A stretch of DNA of 64,000 bases from Thermoproteota archaeon (GTDB lineage: Archaea; Thermoproteota; Nitrososphaeria_A; Caldarchaeales; Calditenuaceae). The DNA lies in the NCBI GenBank assembly GCA_030550155.1, contig JAUQPZ010000004.1, positions 1,298 through 65,297 of the forward strand, in the 5' to 3' direction. Positions 54,226 to 62,978 of this stretch are shown piece after piece. Position 1 is the stretch's first letter. The number at the start of each line of letters is the position of its first letter. The notes below the pieces were generated by a model. That model was not told the origin of the DNA. It saw only the letters and a list, made by a program, of their open reading frames with translations, and did no database searches. The position numbers and the translations under genes were made by a program.

Positions 54226-57051
54226 GTGGCGGGTTTGTCTGAGGGCGAGGAGCTTCTCTGCCGGCCGGTTCTCGAGGCGGTGAGGGAGAGGTTCGGCGGC
54301 CTTGCGGAGACTCAGAGAAGCGCGCTCCCTCACATTATTAGCGGCGAGAATGTTCTCATAGTCTCGCCTACGGGTACGGGTAAGACTGAGGCCGCGCTCC
54401 TCCCCATATTCAGCATGGTTCTCACAAACCCCGAGGTGCGGCCAGTCTCAGCCCTCTATATCACGCCCCTGCGAGCCCTCAACAGAGACCTGCTAGACAG
54501 ACTTGAATGGTGGTCCCGCCGCCTCGACATCTCAATCTCCGTCAGACACGGCGACACGTCTCAGCGCGAGAGGAGGATGCAGGCACTAAGCCCCCCACAT
54601 ATACTGATAGCTACTCCCGAGGCCCTCCAATCACTACTCATAGGCCGCGTCGTAAGGAGAAGCCTCTCCAATGTCAGGTGGGTTGTCGTTGACGAGGTTC
54701 ACGAGCTGGCCACGGATAAGAGAGGCGCCCAACTTGCCGTCGCTCTTCAGAGGCTCAGACGGATAACGGGGAGGCAGTTCCAGCTGGTGGGGCTCTCAGC
54801 CACCGTGGGCGAGCCCGAGGAGGTTGCCAGGTTCCTTGTGGGGCCGGCTGGAAGATTTGTGGTTGTGGAGACCAAGATGCCGCGGGCGCTAGAGGTTGAT
54901 GTAGTCTTCCCCGAGCCGGAGCGAGCTGATTTCGAGATGGGCGAGTCGATAGGCGTCGCCCCAGACGTTGCGGCTAGAATGAGGACAATACTGGAGCTGG
55001 TCTCGAGGCACTCCTCCACACTGATATTCACCAATACGCGGCCACTGGCTGAGGCTCTCGCGAACAGGTTCAAGGCATGGGACGAGGCGCTCCCAGTCTC
55101 GATTCACCACGGCTCCCTCTCGAGGGACCACAGGGTTAGGGCTGAGAGAGAGCTGAAGTATGGCGAGGTGCAGGGATTGATTTGCACGTCGAGTCTCGAG
55201 ATGGGTATTGATGTGGGGCGAGTAGACCTCTGCATACAGTATAACTCGCCTAGGGAGGTGACGAGGCTGATTCAAAGGGTTGGGAGGAGCGGGCACAGGA
55301 TAGGCGGGGTTGCTCGCGGAGTGGTCCTCGTGATGGACTCGGATGACGCTCTGGAGGCTATTGTAATCTCGCGGCGTGCAAGGTCCGGCGAGCTTGAGCC
55401 GGTAAGGGTGGTGAAGAACAGCCTGGACGTCGCGATGCACCAAGTGGCAGGTCTCCTCCTCGAATACGGCAGAATCATGCGGGACGAGGTTACAGCCCTG
55501 CTCAGAAACACCTACAACTTTGCAACACTCGAGGAAAGCGACCTCGACTCACTTCTAAGATACATGGAAACGCTAGGCATTGCGAGGGTGCTGGATGGAG
55601 TAGTCGCGAAGCCAATAAGGGCGAGGAGACTGATAGAATATTATTTCGACAACCTCTCCATGATCCCTGAGGAGAAGCAGTATCTCGTGGTTGAGGAAGC
55701 GACCGGCGAGCCCGTCGGCATACTGGACGAGGCTTTCGTCGCTGAGTATGGCGAGGTGGGAACGCGGTTTATTCTAGGTGGTAGGGCGTGGCTGATACTG
55801 AACCTCTCGGGGACAAGAATCTATGTTGCTAGGCTGAAGGAGGGTGAGGGAGCTGTGCCATCATGGGTTGGCGACGAGATTCCAGTACCTCTCGAGGTGG
55901 CCATGGAGGTTGGCGCCATTAGGAGAAGGTTCGTCGAGTTGAGGGCCAGCGGCGTGGGCGCTGAGGAGGCGTCCATGGTCTTGGCGGCTGAGTATGGCGT
56001 GTCATCAGCCTTCATGAGGCGCTCTCTCAGAGAGGTTGAGAAGCACATGGCCACGAGCATCCCGGTCCCCACCGATAGGCAGATAGTCGTTGAAGAAGCA
56101 GGTGAATACGTTGTCCTCCATGTGACAGGCGGACTCAGAATCAACAGAACACTCGCACGCCTACTCACGGTCCACCTCGCCGAGAGGATTGGTGCGCCTG
56201 TCTCAGCGCAGTCAGACCCCTACAGGGTGGTCCTGAAGTCTAGGAATCTTAACGCAGTCGATGTAGTTAAGGCCCTTCCGGAGCTAAGAGATGAGGAGCT
56301 GCTGAGGAGGGCTGTCGAGTCTTCAGGAGTTTTCAGGAGAAGGCTGGTCCACGTTGCCAGGAAGATGGGTGTCGTGGGTAAGGATGTGAGTCTCCTAGAC
56401 GTTAGCGCTCAGATGCTTGTCGAGTCTCTAAGAGGTACACCCGCCTATCTCGAGGCCCTAAGATTCACCATCTTCACAGACTACGACTGGGACGGGGCCA
56501 AGACTCTCCTTGAGAAAATACTTGGTGGCGAGATTAGGGCGGAGACGTGCAGCCTTGAAAGGCCAAGCCCCCTGGCCTACCTCACAATCAACAGGTACCA
56601 GTACGAGTATGAGACATACACGCCTGAGAGGATGCACAGGCTCTTGGTAAATGCTGTCAGGGCTAGGATAAACAGTGAGCTGGTGGTGCTTGCATGTCTA
56701 GACTGCCGTAAATATCTCGAGACGGTTGAGGTGGGCGAGATCGATAGTAAGCCTGTCTGCCCGACCTGCTCCTCCCAACGCATAGGAATAGTCGCGACCG
56801 CCGGACGCGAGGAGGTTGAGCGCGTTATGCGTGGAAAGACAGCCGAGTCTAGAAGATACTGGAGGGAGGTTGAGAAAACCGCCCCCTTGGTCGAGAGGTA
56901 TGGAAAGACTGCGGCCTTCCTTCTCTCAGCCCGCGGAGTCAGCGTCAAGGAGGCTGAGCAGCTTTTGAGCGAAGAGCCTCGAATCTCACCCAAGCTGATA
57001 GAGAGGATTATAGAGCTCGAGAAGAAGGCCCTTCTAAAAGAGTTCAGCTAG
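54226..57051 (+). CDS. lhr: Lhr-type large superfamily-2 helicase (Lhr-core with C-terminal zinc-finger domain)
   Basis: Walker A SPTGTGKTEAA, DEVH box (VVVDEVHEL), and SAT, QxxGRxGR (LIQRVGRSGH) motifs. A C-terminal CxxC...CPTC ribbon is present. 941 aa. Confidence 0.8.
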   Translation: MAGLSEGEELLCRPVLEAVRERFGGLAETQRSALPHIISGENVLIVSPTGTGKTEAALLPIFSMVLTNPEVRPVSALYITPLRALNRDLLDRLEWWSRRLDISISVRHGDTSQRERRMQALSPPHILIATPEALQSLLIGRVVRRSLSNVRWVVVDEVHELATDKRGAQLAVALQRLRRITGRQFQLVGLSATVGEPEEVARFLVGPAGRFVVVETKMPRALEVDVVFPEPERADFEMGESIGVAPDVAARMRTILELVSRHSSTLIFTNTRPLAEALANRFKAWDEALPVSIHHGSLSRDHRVRAERELKYGEVQGLICTSSLEMGIDVGRVDLCIQYNSPREVTRLIQRVGRSGHRIGGVARGVVLVMDSDDALEAIVISRRARSGELEPVRVVKNSLDVAMHQVAGLLLEYGRIMRDEVTALLRNTYNFATLEESDLDSLLRYMETLGIARVLDGVVAKPIRARRLIEYYFDNLSMIPEEKQYLVVEEATGEPVGILDEAFVAEYGEVGTRFILGGRAWLILNLSGTRIYVARLKEGEGAVPSWVGDEIPVPLEVAMEVGAIRRRFVELRASGVGAEEASMVLAAEYGVSSAFMRRSLREVEKHMATSIPVPTDRQIVVEEAGEYVVLHVTGGLRINRTLARLLTVHLAERIGAPVSAQSDPYRVVLKSRNLNAVDVVKALPELRDEELLRRAVESSGVFRRRLVHVARKMGVVGKDVSLLDVSAQMLVESLRGTPAYLEALRFTIFTDYDWDGAKTLLEKILGGEIRAETCSLERPSPLAYLTINRYQYEYETYTPERMHRLLVNAVRARINSELVVLACLDCRKYLETVEVGEIDSKPVCPTCSSQRIGIVATAGREEVERVMRGKTAESRRYWREVEKTAPLVERYGKTAAFLLSARGVSVKEAEQLLSEEPRISPKLIERIIELEKKALLKEFS

Positions 57052-57664
57052 CTTGCTCACCGCCCTCTTCTGGCCCGGTCTTCTCCTGAGCCTGCCTTAA
57101 CTCTCCGTTACTGCTAAGTGAAGCAAAAGCTTTGAGGAGCTCCTGTCTATCAACCTCCACAAGCGTCCTCCACCCAACCGAGACCACCCCCTCCTCGGTC
57201 CTAGCCAAGTAGCCCCTCCTTGCGAGCCTCTCCAAGGCAGCCTCAACCCTCCACCTGGGATACTTAGTTTCAAGCATCTCGACGACCTCTTTCTCGGAGG
57301 CGCTCCCATTCTTCGCGAGCAGATATGCCAAGGTCGCAGAGAGTATTGCGAGCTCGTCGAGGCTGTAGCCTAGCGTCTGGATGTCTGAGAGCGTGAGCGG
57401 GTCTGAGAGGACTATGTAGAACCTGGCCCTGTCTAGGTCGTCTGGCCCCGCGTCCGGGTCGGGGACGAGCTTGACCCTCAGCCCGATCTGCTTGAGCCTA
57501 GAGTCGAGGGAGTTGATTATCTTCGGGAAGTTTTTCCCGAGCCTCCTCCTAAGCTCCCAACCCCTAACACCTGGAAGCCTATGCCCCGAGGCGAGGATCA
57601 ATGCTACGGCCTGGGCCATCTTCTTCTCCAGCTTACTCAGCTCCTCAGCGCCCACACTCTTCAC
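57044..57664 (-). CDS. scpB: ScpB-like protein (tandem winged-helix; kleisin-interacting subunit)
   Basis: 206 aa with two wHTH modules. The N-terminal AQAVALILASGHRL resembles the ScpB EALLF.SGEPL motif. Its start overlaps the scpA stop. Confidence 0.55.
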   Translation of the reverse strand: MKSVGAEELSKLEKKMAQAVALILASGHRLPGVRGWELRRRLGKNFPKIINSLDSRLKQIGLRVKLVPDPDAGPDDLDRARFYIVLSDPLTLSDIQTLGYSLDELAILSATLAYLLAKNGSASEKEVVEMLETKYPRWRVEAALERLARRGYLARTEEGVVSVGWRTLVEVDRQELLKAFASLSSNGELRQAQEKTGPEEGGEQAS

Positions 57665-58392
57665 CTGCCTACAGTTATGGCTAGAGAGGTGGTCCTCGGC
57701 TCTTCAGACGGAGCCTTGGCCGCCCTTATCTTGATCTCTCTGCTTAACGTGTTTATTCTCACCTCAACCTCACCCCTCGATATGAGGTAGCTCAGCAGAT
57801 AGGCTCGGGCAGCCTTCTCCCCCTCACCCCTACTCCTCACAAAATCCCAATAATCAATCCAGCCGTCGATCGACGCGAGCTCCGCGAGCAGCCCCCTAAG
57901 CTCCTCACTTATCTGGCTCTCAATAGCCGTGTAGACCCCCGGCCTCTCCACGGCGAGTTTAAGTTCTTCGGCCATAGCTACTCCCCGGGTGGGCCTTGAG
58001 AGGAAGTGCTGATAACCCCTCAACAACAGGTCCATAGAGATTTGCTCAAGCCTAATTATCGGTCTCCAAGCCTGGAGAAGAGCCGCCACTAGCATCCTCG
58101 CATCCGACCCCAGTATCTTGGAATAGATCATGCCGGCATCTATGAAGAGGGAGGAGGCTCTCTCCCTGATCCATCTTTGCTGGAGGCCTAGCACGATGGA
58201 GACCCTGTATAGTGTCTCGGCGTCAAGCGTGATGGTCTCGACGTCCCTCTCCCTCTCGATAATCTCTCGCAGCCGCGCCAGAAGTGAGGAGACGTCAACG
58301 CTGAATGGGTCAAGCCTTCTTGACTCTATCTCTCCAAGTATGGATATCATTCTTAGAAGCTCTTCCCTCGGAATTTTAATGCTCTTGCTCAC
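57661..58392 (-). CDS. scpA: ScpA-like kleisin
   Basis: N-terminal LDPFSVDVSSLLARLREII matches the ScpA FDGPLDLL...I.I motif. There is a C-terminal winged-helix-like region. 243 aa. Its start overlaps the SMC-like gene stop. Confidence 0.6.
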   Translation of the reverse strand: MSKSIKIPREELLRMISILGEIESRRLDPFSVDVSSLLARLREIIERERDVETITLDAETLYRVSIVLGLQQRWIRERASSLFIDAGMIYSKILGSDARMLVAALLQAWRPIIRLEQISMDLLLRGYQHFLSRPTRGVAMAEELKLAVERPGVYTAIESQISEELRGLLAELASIDGWIDYWDFVRSRGEGEKAARAYLLSYLISRGEVEVRINTLSREIKIRAAKAPSEEPRTTSLAITVGR

Positions 58393-60127
58393 TCTTCTCC
58401 ACCGATGTGGTAACGAAGGAGGACCCGGCCACGTTCTGGACTATGATGAGGTTGAAGCCGTCGGTGATGGGGAGCCTACCCGGGGTGATGAAGAGGAACT
58501 GCGTCGAGGGATAGGATCTGGCTATCTCAACAAGTATCTGGGTAACCATCTCCCTGTTCAGGGGGTCTAGGTGGACGTCGAACTCGTCCACAGCTCTTAT
58601 GGGTGAGCGGACGTAGCTCTGGAGTGCAAGTAGAAAGGCAATCGTCGCGACAACCCTCTCACCGCCGCTGTGCGTATGGGCGTCAACCATCATGGGCTCC
58701 ATGCCCCTGAACCCTGCCAACAGCTCGAGGCTTGCGCTCGCAGGGTCCTCGATTCCTCTGATCCTGATGACTCCTCTTCCACCTACAGAGCTGAGAAGCC
58801 TCTGATACACCGGATTAATATCGTCTATAATCTCCTTGAGCTTGTCCCTCCATATCTGCCTCCTCTTCTCGACCTCCTCCATCGCCTTCTTTACATTCTC
58901 CTCAACCTGTCTAGCCCTTAGCTCCACTTCCCTGAATCTCGAGTCAGCTAGGAAATACATGGTCTCGGCGTCGGGGATAACCTTTCCAAGCGAGGCAATC
59001 TCCAGCATAGTCAGCCTCAAATCCTCGAGCACGGTGGACGGCTCCCTCTCAGTCTCCACTTCAGCGCCCTTCTCAGAGGCCGCGGCCCTCCGCTCCTCCA
59101 ACTCCTTAAGAAGGCCGTCAATCTCGGACCGAGCCGCCGCCACCTCCCTCTCAAGGCTCGACACCCTAAATCTCCTGACACCCTCCTCCACAGCCACCTT
59201 CACGAGACGTTCTATCAGCTCCAATATCTCGCCCGGCTGAGCGGCCTCGTAGAGCCTCTGCCGAATCCTATCCCTGAAAGCGCCGGCCTCAGCCCCATAG
59301 GCGGCTGCCTCCTCCTCAAGCCGCGCCTTCTCCACCAGCATCCTCTCAAGGGCAAGCCTCCTCCTCTCAAGGCTCTTCCGAACCTGGTGGACGAGGCTCC
59401 ACGCGTATTCAACCTCCAGCAACCCCTTCCTCTCCTCAAGCTCCCTAAGCTGCTGAAGCTTCTGAAGCTCCCTCCTCCAATACTCAACCGCCTCGCCGGC
59501 CTCGGAGAGCAGACGCTTCACGGAAGCTTCCTCAGACCTCAGGTTGTTCAGCCTACTCTCAGCCTCGAGAAGCCTCTCCCTGAGGTGTGAGAGGCCTACG
59601 GCATCCTCCATCGCCTTCAGCTTCTCCATGTTGTCGCGGGCCGCGAAGCTCTCAATCATGTTTTGATGCATAATTACTAGGGCGTTGTTAGGGTTTATTC
59701 CCAGCCTCCTCAGAAGCTCCTCGAGCTCAGCCTTCGGAGTGAACCTGTTATTGACGTAGTGCCAGTATTCTCCGCTCTTCTTTATGTATCGCGTAATAGT
59801 TATCTCCTCAGACTTGACCGATGAGAGGGGCCTCTCACCATCAATCGGGGAGTTATCCAGGACCACGGTCAGCCTGGCCGCATCCCTACCTCTCCTAATG
59901 AGGTCGCTCAGCCTCTGACCCCTCTCGGTATAAGTCTGGCCCAGCGCAACCGCCAAGCCTAGAAGAATGGATGACTTGCCCGCGCCGTTGGGCCCGGTTA
60001 TCACGTTGAGCCCCGGCTCGAGCTTAATCCTCGAATACTCGTGAGACATGAAGTTCTCGAGGATTACCTCGCGTATATGCGTGGGCCTAGCCTCGGCGCC
60101 TATCTGTCCAACCCTAGTCCTCGCCAA
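58376..60127 (-). CDS. Short SMC/Rad50-like ABC-ATPase (583 aa; no hinge or zinc hook recognised)
   Basis: N-terminal head FMSHEYSRIKLEPGLNVITGPNGAGKSSIL, a central ~300-aa heptad-rich region, then the C-terminal signature HSGGERVVATIAFLLAL and Walker B AVDEFDVHLD. It is the first gene of an operon with scpA and scpB. Confidence 0.65.
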   Translation of the reverse strand: MARTRVGQIGAEARPTHIREVILENFMSHEYSRIKLEPGLNVITGPNGAGKSSILLGLAVALGQTYTERGQRLSDLIRRGRDAARLTVVLDNSPIDGERPLSSVKSEEITITRYIKKSGEYWHYVNNRFTPKAELEELLRRLGINPNNALVIMHQNMIESFAARDNMEKLKAMEDAVGLSHLRERLLEAESRLNNLRSEEASVKRLLSEAGEAVEYWRRELQKLQQLRELEERKGLLEVEYAWSLVHQVRKSLERRRLALERMLVEKARLEEEAAAYGAEAGAFRDRIRQRLYEAAQPGEILELIERLVKVAVEEGVRRFRVSSLEREVAAARSEIDGLLKELEERRAAASEKGAEVETEREPSTVLEDLRLTMLEIASLGKVIPDAETMYFLADSRFREVELRARQVEENVKKAMEEVEKRRQIWRDKLKEIIDDINPVYQRLLSSVGGRGVIRIRGIEDPASASLELLAGFRGMEPMMVDAHTHSGGERVVATIAFLLALQSYVRSPIRAVDEFDVHLDPLNREMVTQILVEIARSYPSTQFLFITPGRLPITDGFNLIIVQNVAGSSFVTTSVEKSEQEH

Positions 60128-60316
60128 CCTCTCCGATTAATCAGAAAAGACCAGCCACAATAAAGAGTATCCCCAGAGGCTTGAAAGTGTAATACGCAAC
60201 GTCCCCAAAAAGAGGGGGTATTGGCTCCTTTTCCTCTAAAACTCCTCGGAGAATAAAGGAGGAAACCGAATGTTTATGGGCTGCATCTTCCACTTATATA
60301 ACTCGGAGGAGGACAG

Positions 60317-60754
60317 ATGGAGGTCGACGTCAAGACCGCAATAGAGCGCTTCAGAATGTTCATCATCTACAACACCTGTCTCAGCCTGATTCCGAAGGGG
60401 TATCTGAAGGATACGACTGTTTTCCCGGAGAGGGACCCGGACAAGGGCGAGATCTACGTTGAGGCCGCCAGCAAGATAGAGCTGGCCAAGATCAGGGATA
60501 TCAAGTTCGTCAAGGTTGCAGATGTCCTGGGCGTGATTTACAGGTCTAAAACGGGGAACACGAGCCTCAAATGGAGACAGATAAAAGGAAACATCGGGAG
60601 GCTGACGGGCGTGGCCTCCCCAAACTCCATAGTCAACCTACTCGAGGCAAAGGTCCTGACCAGAGAATACCTAGAAGAGTATCTGAAGCAGAGAGCCGAG
60701 GCTCCGAGGACAGAGAATCAGGAGACGCAGGGAACAACCACAGCATCACAGTAA
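60317..60754 (+). CDS. Hypothetical protein, 145 aa
   Basis: ORF divergent from the SMC-like gene. No recognisable motif. Confidence 0.3.
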   Translation: MEVDVKTAIERFRMFIIYNTCLSLIPKGYLKDTTVFPERDPDKGEIYVEAASKIELAKIRDIKFVKVADVLGVIYRSKTGNTSLKWRQIKGNIGRLTGVASPNSIVNLLEAKVLTREYLEEYLKQRAEAPRTENQETQGTTTASQ

Positions 60755-60793
60755 CGGGCCACCCCCTAGAATAGGCCTGCCCACCTTGAATCG

Positions 60794-61306
60794 TTACCGC
60801 TCCCCTGATCTAGCCAGTTGGAGACGGCATTTGGGGCAGGGTTCCTCTCCCTTAAAATCCGTGTCGAGGATACTGTTGCTGAAGAACATAACGCATCGGG
60901 GGTTGGTGCAGTGTTTGAGTCCGAGGAGGTGTCCTATCTCGTGCCCTACCTCCTTCCTGAGCCTGGAAAGGAATTTTCCGAGCTGGGAGTCTCTCAGCCT
61001 GAATATTGAGACGACCGCGGCGTTCTTGAATGCGAGGCCGAAGCAGAAGTAATAGTCGTTGAAGTATATGTCGAGGCCCGTGACGTGCAGTCGGAGGACA
61101 TGGGGCTCCGTGTCTTTTGAAAGGGTCTCGACCAGTCTAAGCGCCTCTACCTGGCCCCGCAGAGTATTGATGTAGGACTTGGCGGGGTCCTCCTCAAGCT
61201 CCAGCTCCACAGAGCTAAGACCATACAGACGTAAAGCGGTCTCGGCAGCCACCCGCCTCTCCGACCCCAGATTCTTAGGAGAGGAGACGACCAGCCTTCC
61301 AGACAA
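60794..61306 (-). CDS. amzA: Archaemetzincin (M54 zinc metallopeptidase)
   Basis: HEIGHLLGLKHC then CVM...CPKC fits the archaemetzincin HExxHxxGx3Cx4CxMx17CxxC signature. 170 aa. Confidence 0.8.
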   Translation of the reverse strand: MSGRLVVSSPKNLGSERRVAAETALRLYGLSSVELELEEDPAKSYINTLRGQVEALRLVETLSKDTEPHVLRLHVTGLDIYFNDYYFCFGLAFKNAAVVSIFRLRDSQLGKFLSRLRKEVGHEIGHLLGLKHCTNPRCVMFFSNSILDTDFKGEEPCPKCRLQLARSGER

Positions 61307-61330
61307 GCCAGATTAAATCTTAGGCGCCCC

Positions 61331-61906
61331 ATGATAAGTTTGATGCCCCGAGCCTATCTTGTCGCCGGCACACCAGGCGTCGGAAAGTCCACAGTGGCTC
61401 CGGCTCTAGCGTCTAGGCTGGGCGCTGCGGTTCTTGAGGTGAGAGAGCTGGCTGACCCAGGGGAGTTCGAGGTCCAGGCCTCGAAGCTCTCGGCCAGGGC
61501 CGGCTCCTGGATTAGGAGGAAGGGCCAAGACGCGGTCATAGCCACCCACATAGTCTTCAAGCCTCGCGGCGTCTCTCTGCTAGGCGCCGTGGTTTTAAGG
61601 AGAAATCCTGTGAGGCTTATTGTTGAGCTGGAGGAGAGGGGCTATCGGCTGGAGAAGGTGCTTGAGAATGTTGAGGCCGAGCTCCTCGGAGTTGTGTATC
61701 TGGAGGCGTTGAGGAAGCTTGGCAGAGGCAAGGTCTTCCAGTTTGACACGACTGATAGGAGTGTTGACGAGGTCGTTGAGCTCACGTATAAGGCCCTTCG
61801 CGGAGGATTGGCTGGAGAGGAGATAGACTGGGTGTCGAGGCTGGAGAGGGAGGGTGGGCTGGCTGAGCTCTTATCGCGGCTCTCAGCCAGAGGCATGCAA
61901 GGTTAA
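61331..61906 (+). CDS. Adenylate kinase isoenzyme-6/Fap7-like P-loop NTPase
   Basis: P-loop AGTPGVGKSTV at the N-terminus of a ~190-aa protein, the archaeal Fap7/AK6 size and layout. Confidence 0.6.
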   Translation: MISLMPRAYLVAGTPGVGKSTVAPALASRLGAAVLEVRELADPGEFEVQASKLSARAGSWIRRKGQDAVIATHIVFKPRGVSLLGAVVLRRNPVRLIVELEERGYRLEKVLENVEAELLGVVYLEALRKLGRGKVFQFDTTDRSVDEVVELTYKALRGGLAGEEIDWVSRLEREGGLAELLSRLSARGMQG

Positions 61907-61908
61907 GC

Positions 61909-62955
61909 CTAGAGTGTGTCGTATATCTTCACAGCCTCACGCGCTATCGCGTCAGCCATCTCAAGTGTGCTCGCGCTGCCGTCAAGATCGTATGTCACAG
62001 TCCTCCCCTCCTCTATCACCTTCTCAGCAGCGCTGAATATGCTCTTCGCGTGCCGGTGGAAGCCCAAATAGTCCAGCATCCAGGCGGCTGAAAGTATCGT
62101 GGCCGTCGGATTCACTTTATAGAGACCCTTATACTTCGGCGCGCTGCCATGAGCGGGCTCGAACATTGCGTATCTGTCGCCTACGTTGGCTGAGTATACT
62201 AGGCCTATGTTGCCTATGAGGGAGGAGCAGAGCTCCGAGATGACGTCCATGAAAAGGTTGGTGCTGAGGAGAGCTGTCTGGTTGAATCGCTGAGGATTCT
62301 TCACCAGCTGCTGAGCCATGTTATCGATGTAGTATTCCTCCAGCTCTATTCCAGGAAACTCCTTCGCGACGCTCTCTACGCTGTTGTAGAAGACCGAGTC
62401 GGTCAGCCTCAGGATGTTTCGCTTAGTTATGGCTATGACTCTGCGGTAGCCGCGATTGACCGCTTCTCTGAAAGCGACTCGCGCAATCCTCTCAGAGCCC
62501 CTACGCGTTATCTTCCGGATAGCTATCGCCGTCTCCTGGTCCAGCGCGATCTCTGCACCTATGTATAGGCCCTCCGTCGCCTCTCTCACGCACAGGAAGT
62601 CCACCTCGCCCAGCGGCCCTACTCTACCTTTGAAGGTCTTGATCGGCCTCAGATTAGCGTAAAGATCCATTCTTCTTCGGATATTCACAGCGACGCTACC
62701 GGGTGCTGTCGGGTCGGGTGGAGTTGTGGTAGGTGCTTTGAGGCATGCGTCGCTGTTCATTATCTCTTCCCAAGTCTGTGGCGGGATTAGGTTGGGCAGG
62801 TTTGGTTTCCCCGCTGATAGCCACCACTCGTATCCGGCGTCGCATCGGACGACCTCTATGTCTGGCTTCAGAGCGTCTATGACTCTTAGCGCGGCCTCAG
62901 CGAGCTCCGGCCCAGTTCCATCACCATTAATCACTACTACACGCTTCCTAGCCAT
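61909..62955 (-). CDS. Isocitrate/3-isopropylmalate dehydrogenase family protein (LeuB/homoisocitrate dehydrogenase-like)
   Basis: N-terminal VVVINGDGTGPEL nucleotide-binding loop, and decarboxylating-dehydrogenase motifs further on (NLFGDI-like region NLFMDVISE). 348 aa. Confidence 0.65.
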   Translation of the reverse strand: MARKRVVVINGDGTGPELAEAALRVIDALKPDIEVVRCDAGYEWWLSAGKPNLPNLIPPQTWEEIMNSDACLKAPTTTPPDPTAPGSVAVNIRRRMDLYANLRPIKTFKGRVGPLGEVDFLCVREATEGLYIGAEIALDQETAIAIRKITRRGSERIARVAFREAVNRGYRRVIAITKRNILRLTDSVFYNSVESVAKEFPGIELEEYYIDNMAQQLVKNPQRFNQTALLSTNLFMDVISELCSSLIGNIGLVYSANVGDRYAMFEPAHGSAPKYKGLYKVNPTATILSAAWMLDYLGFHRHAKSIFSAAEKVIEEGRTVTYDLDGSASTLEMADAIAREAVKIYDTL

Positions 62956-62978
62956 TCAGCTTCAGTATTGAGCTCCTC

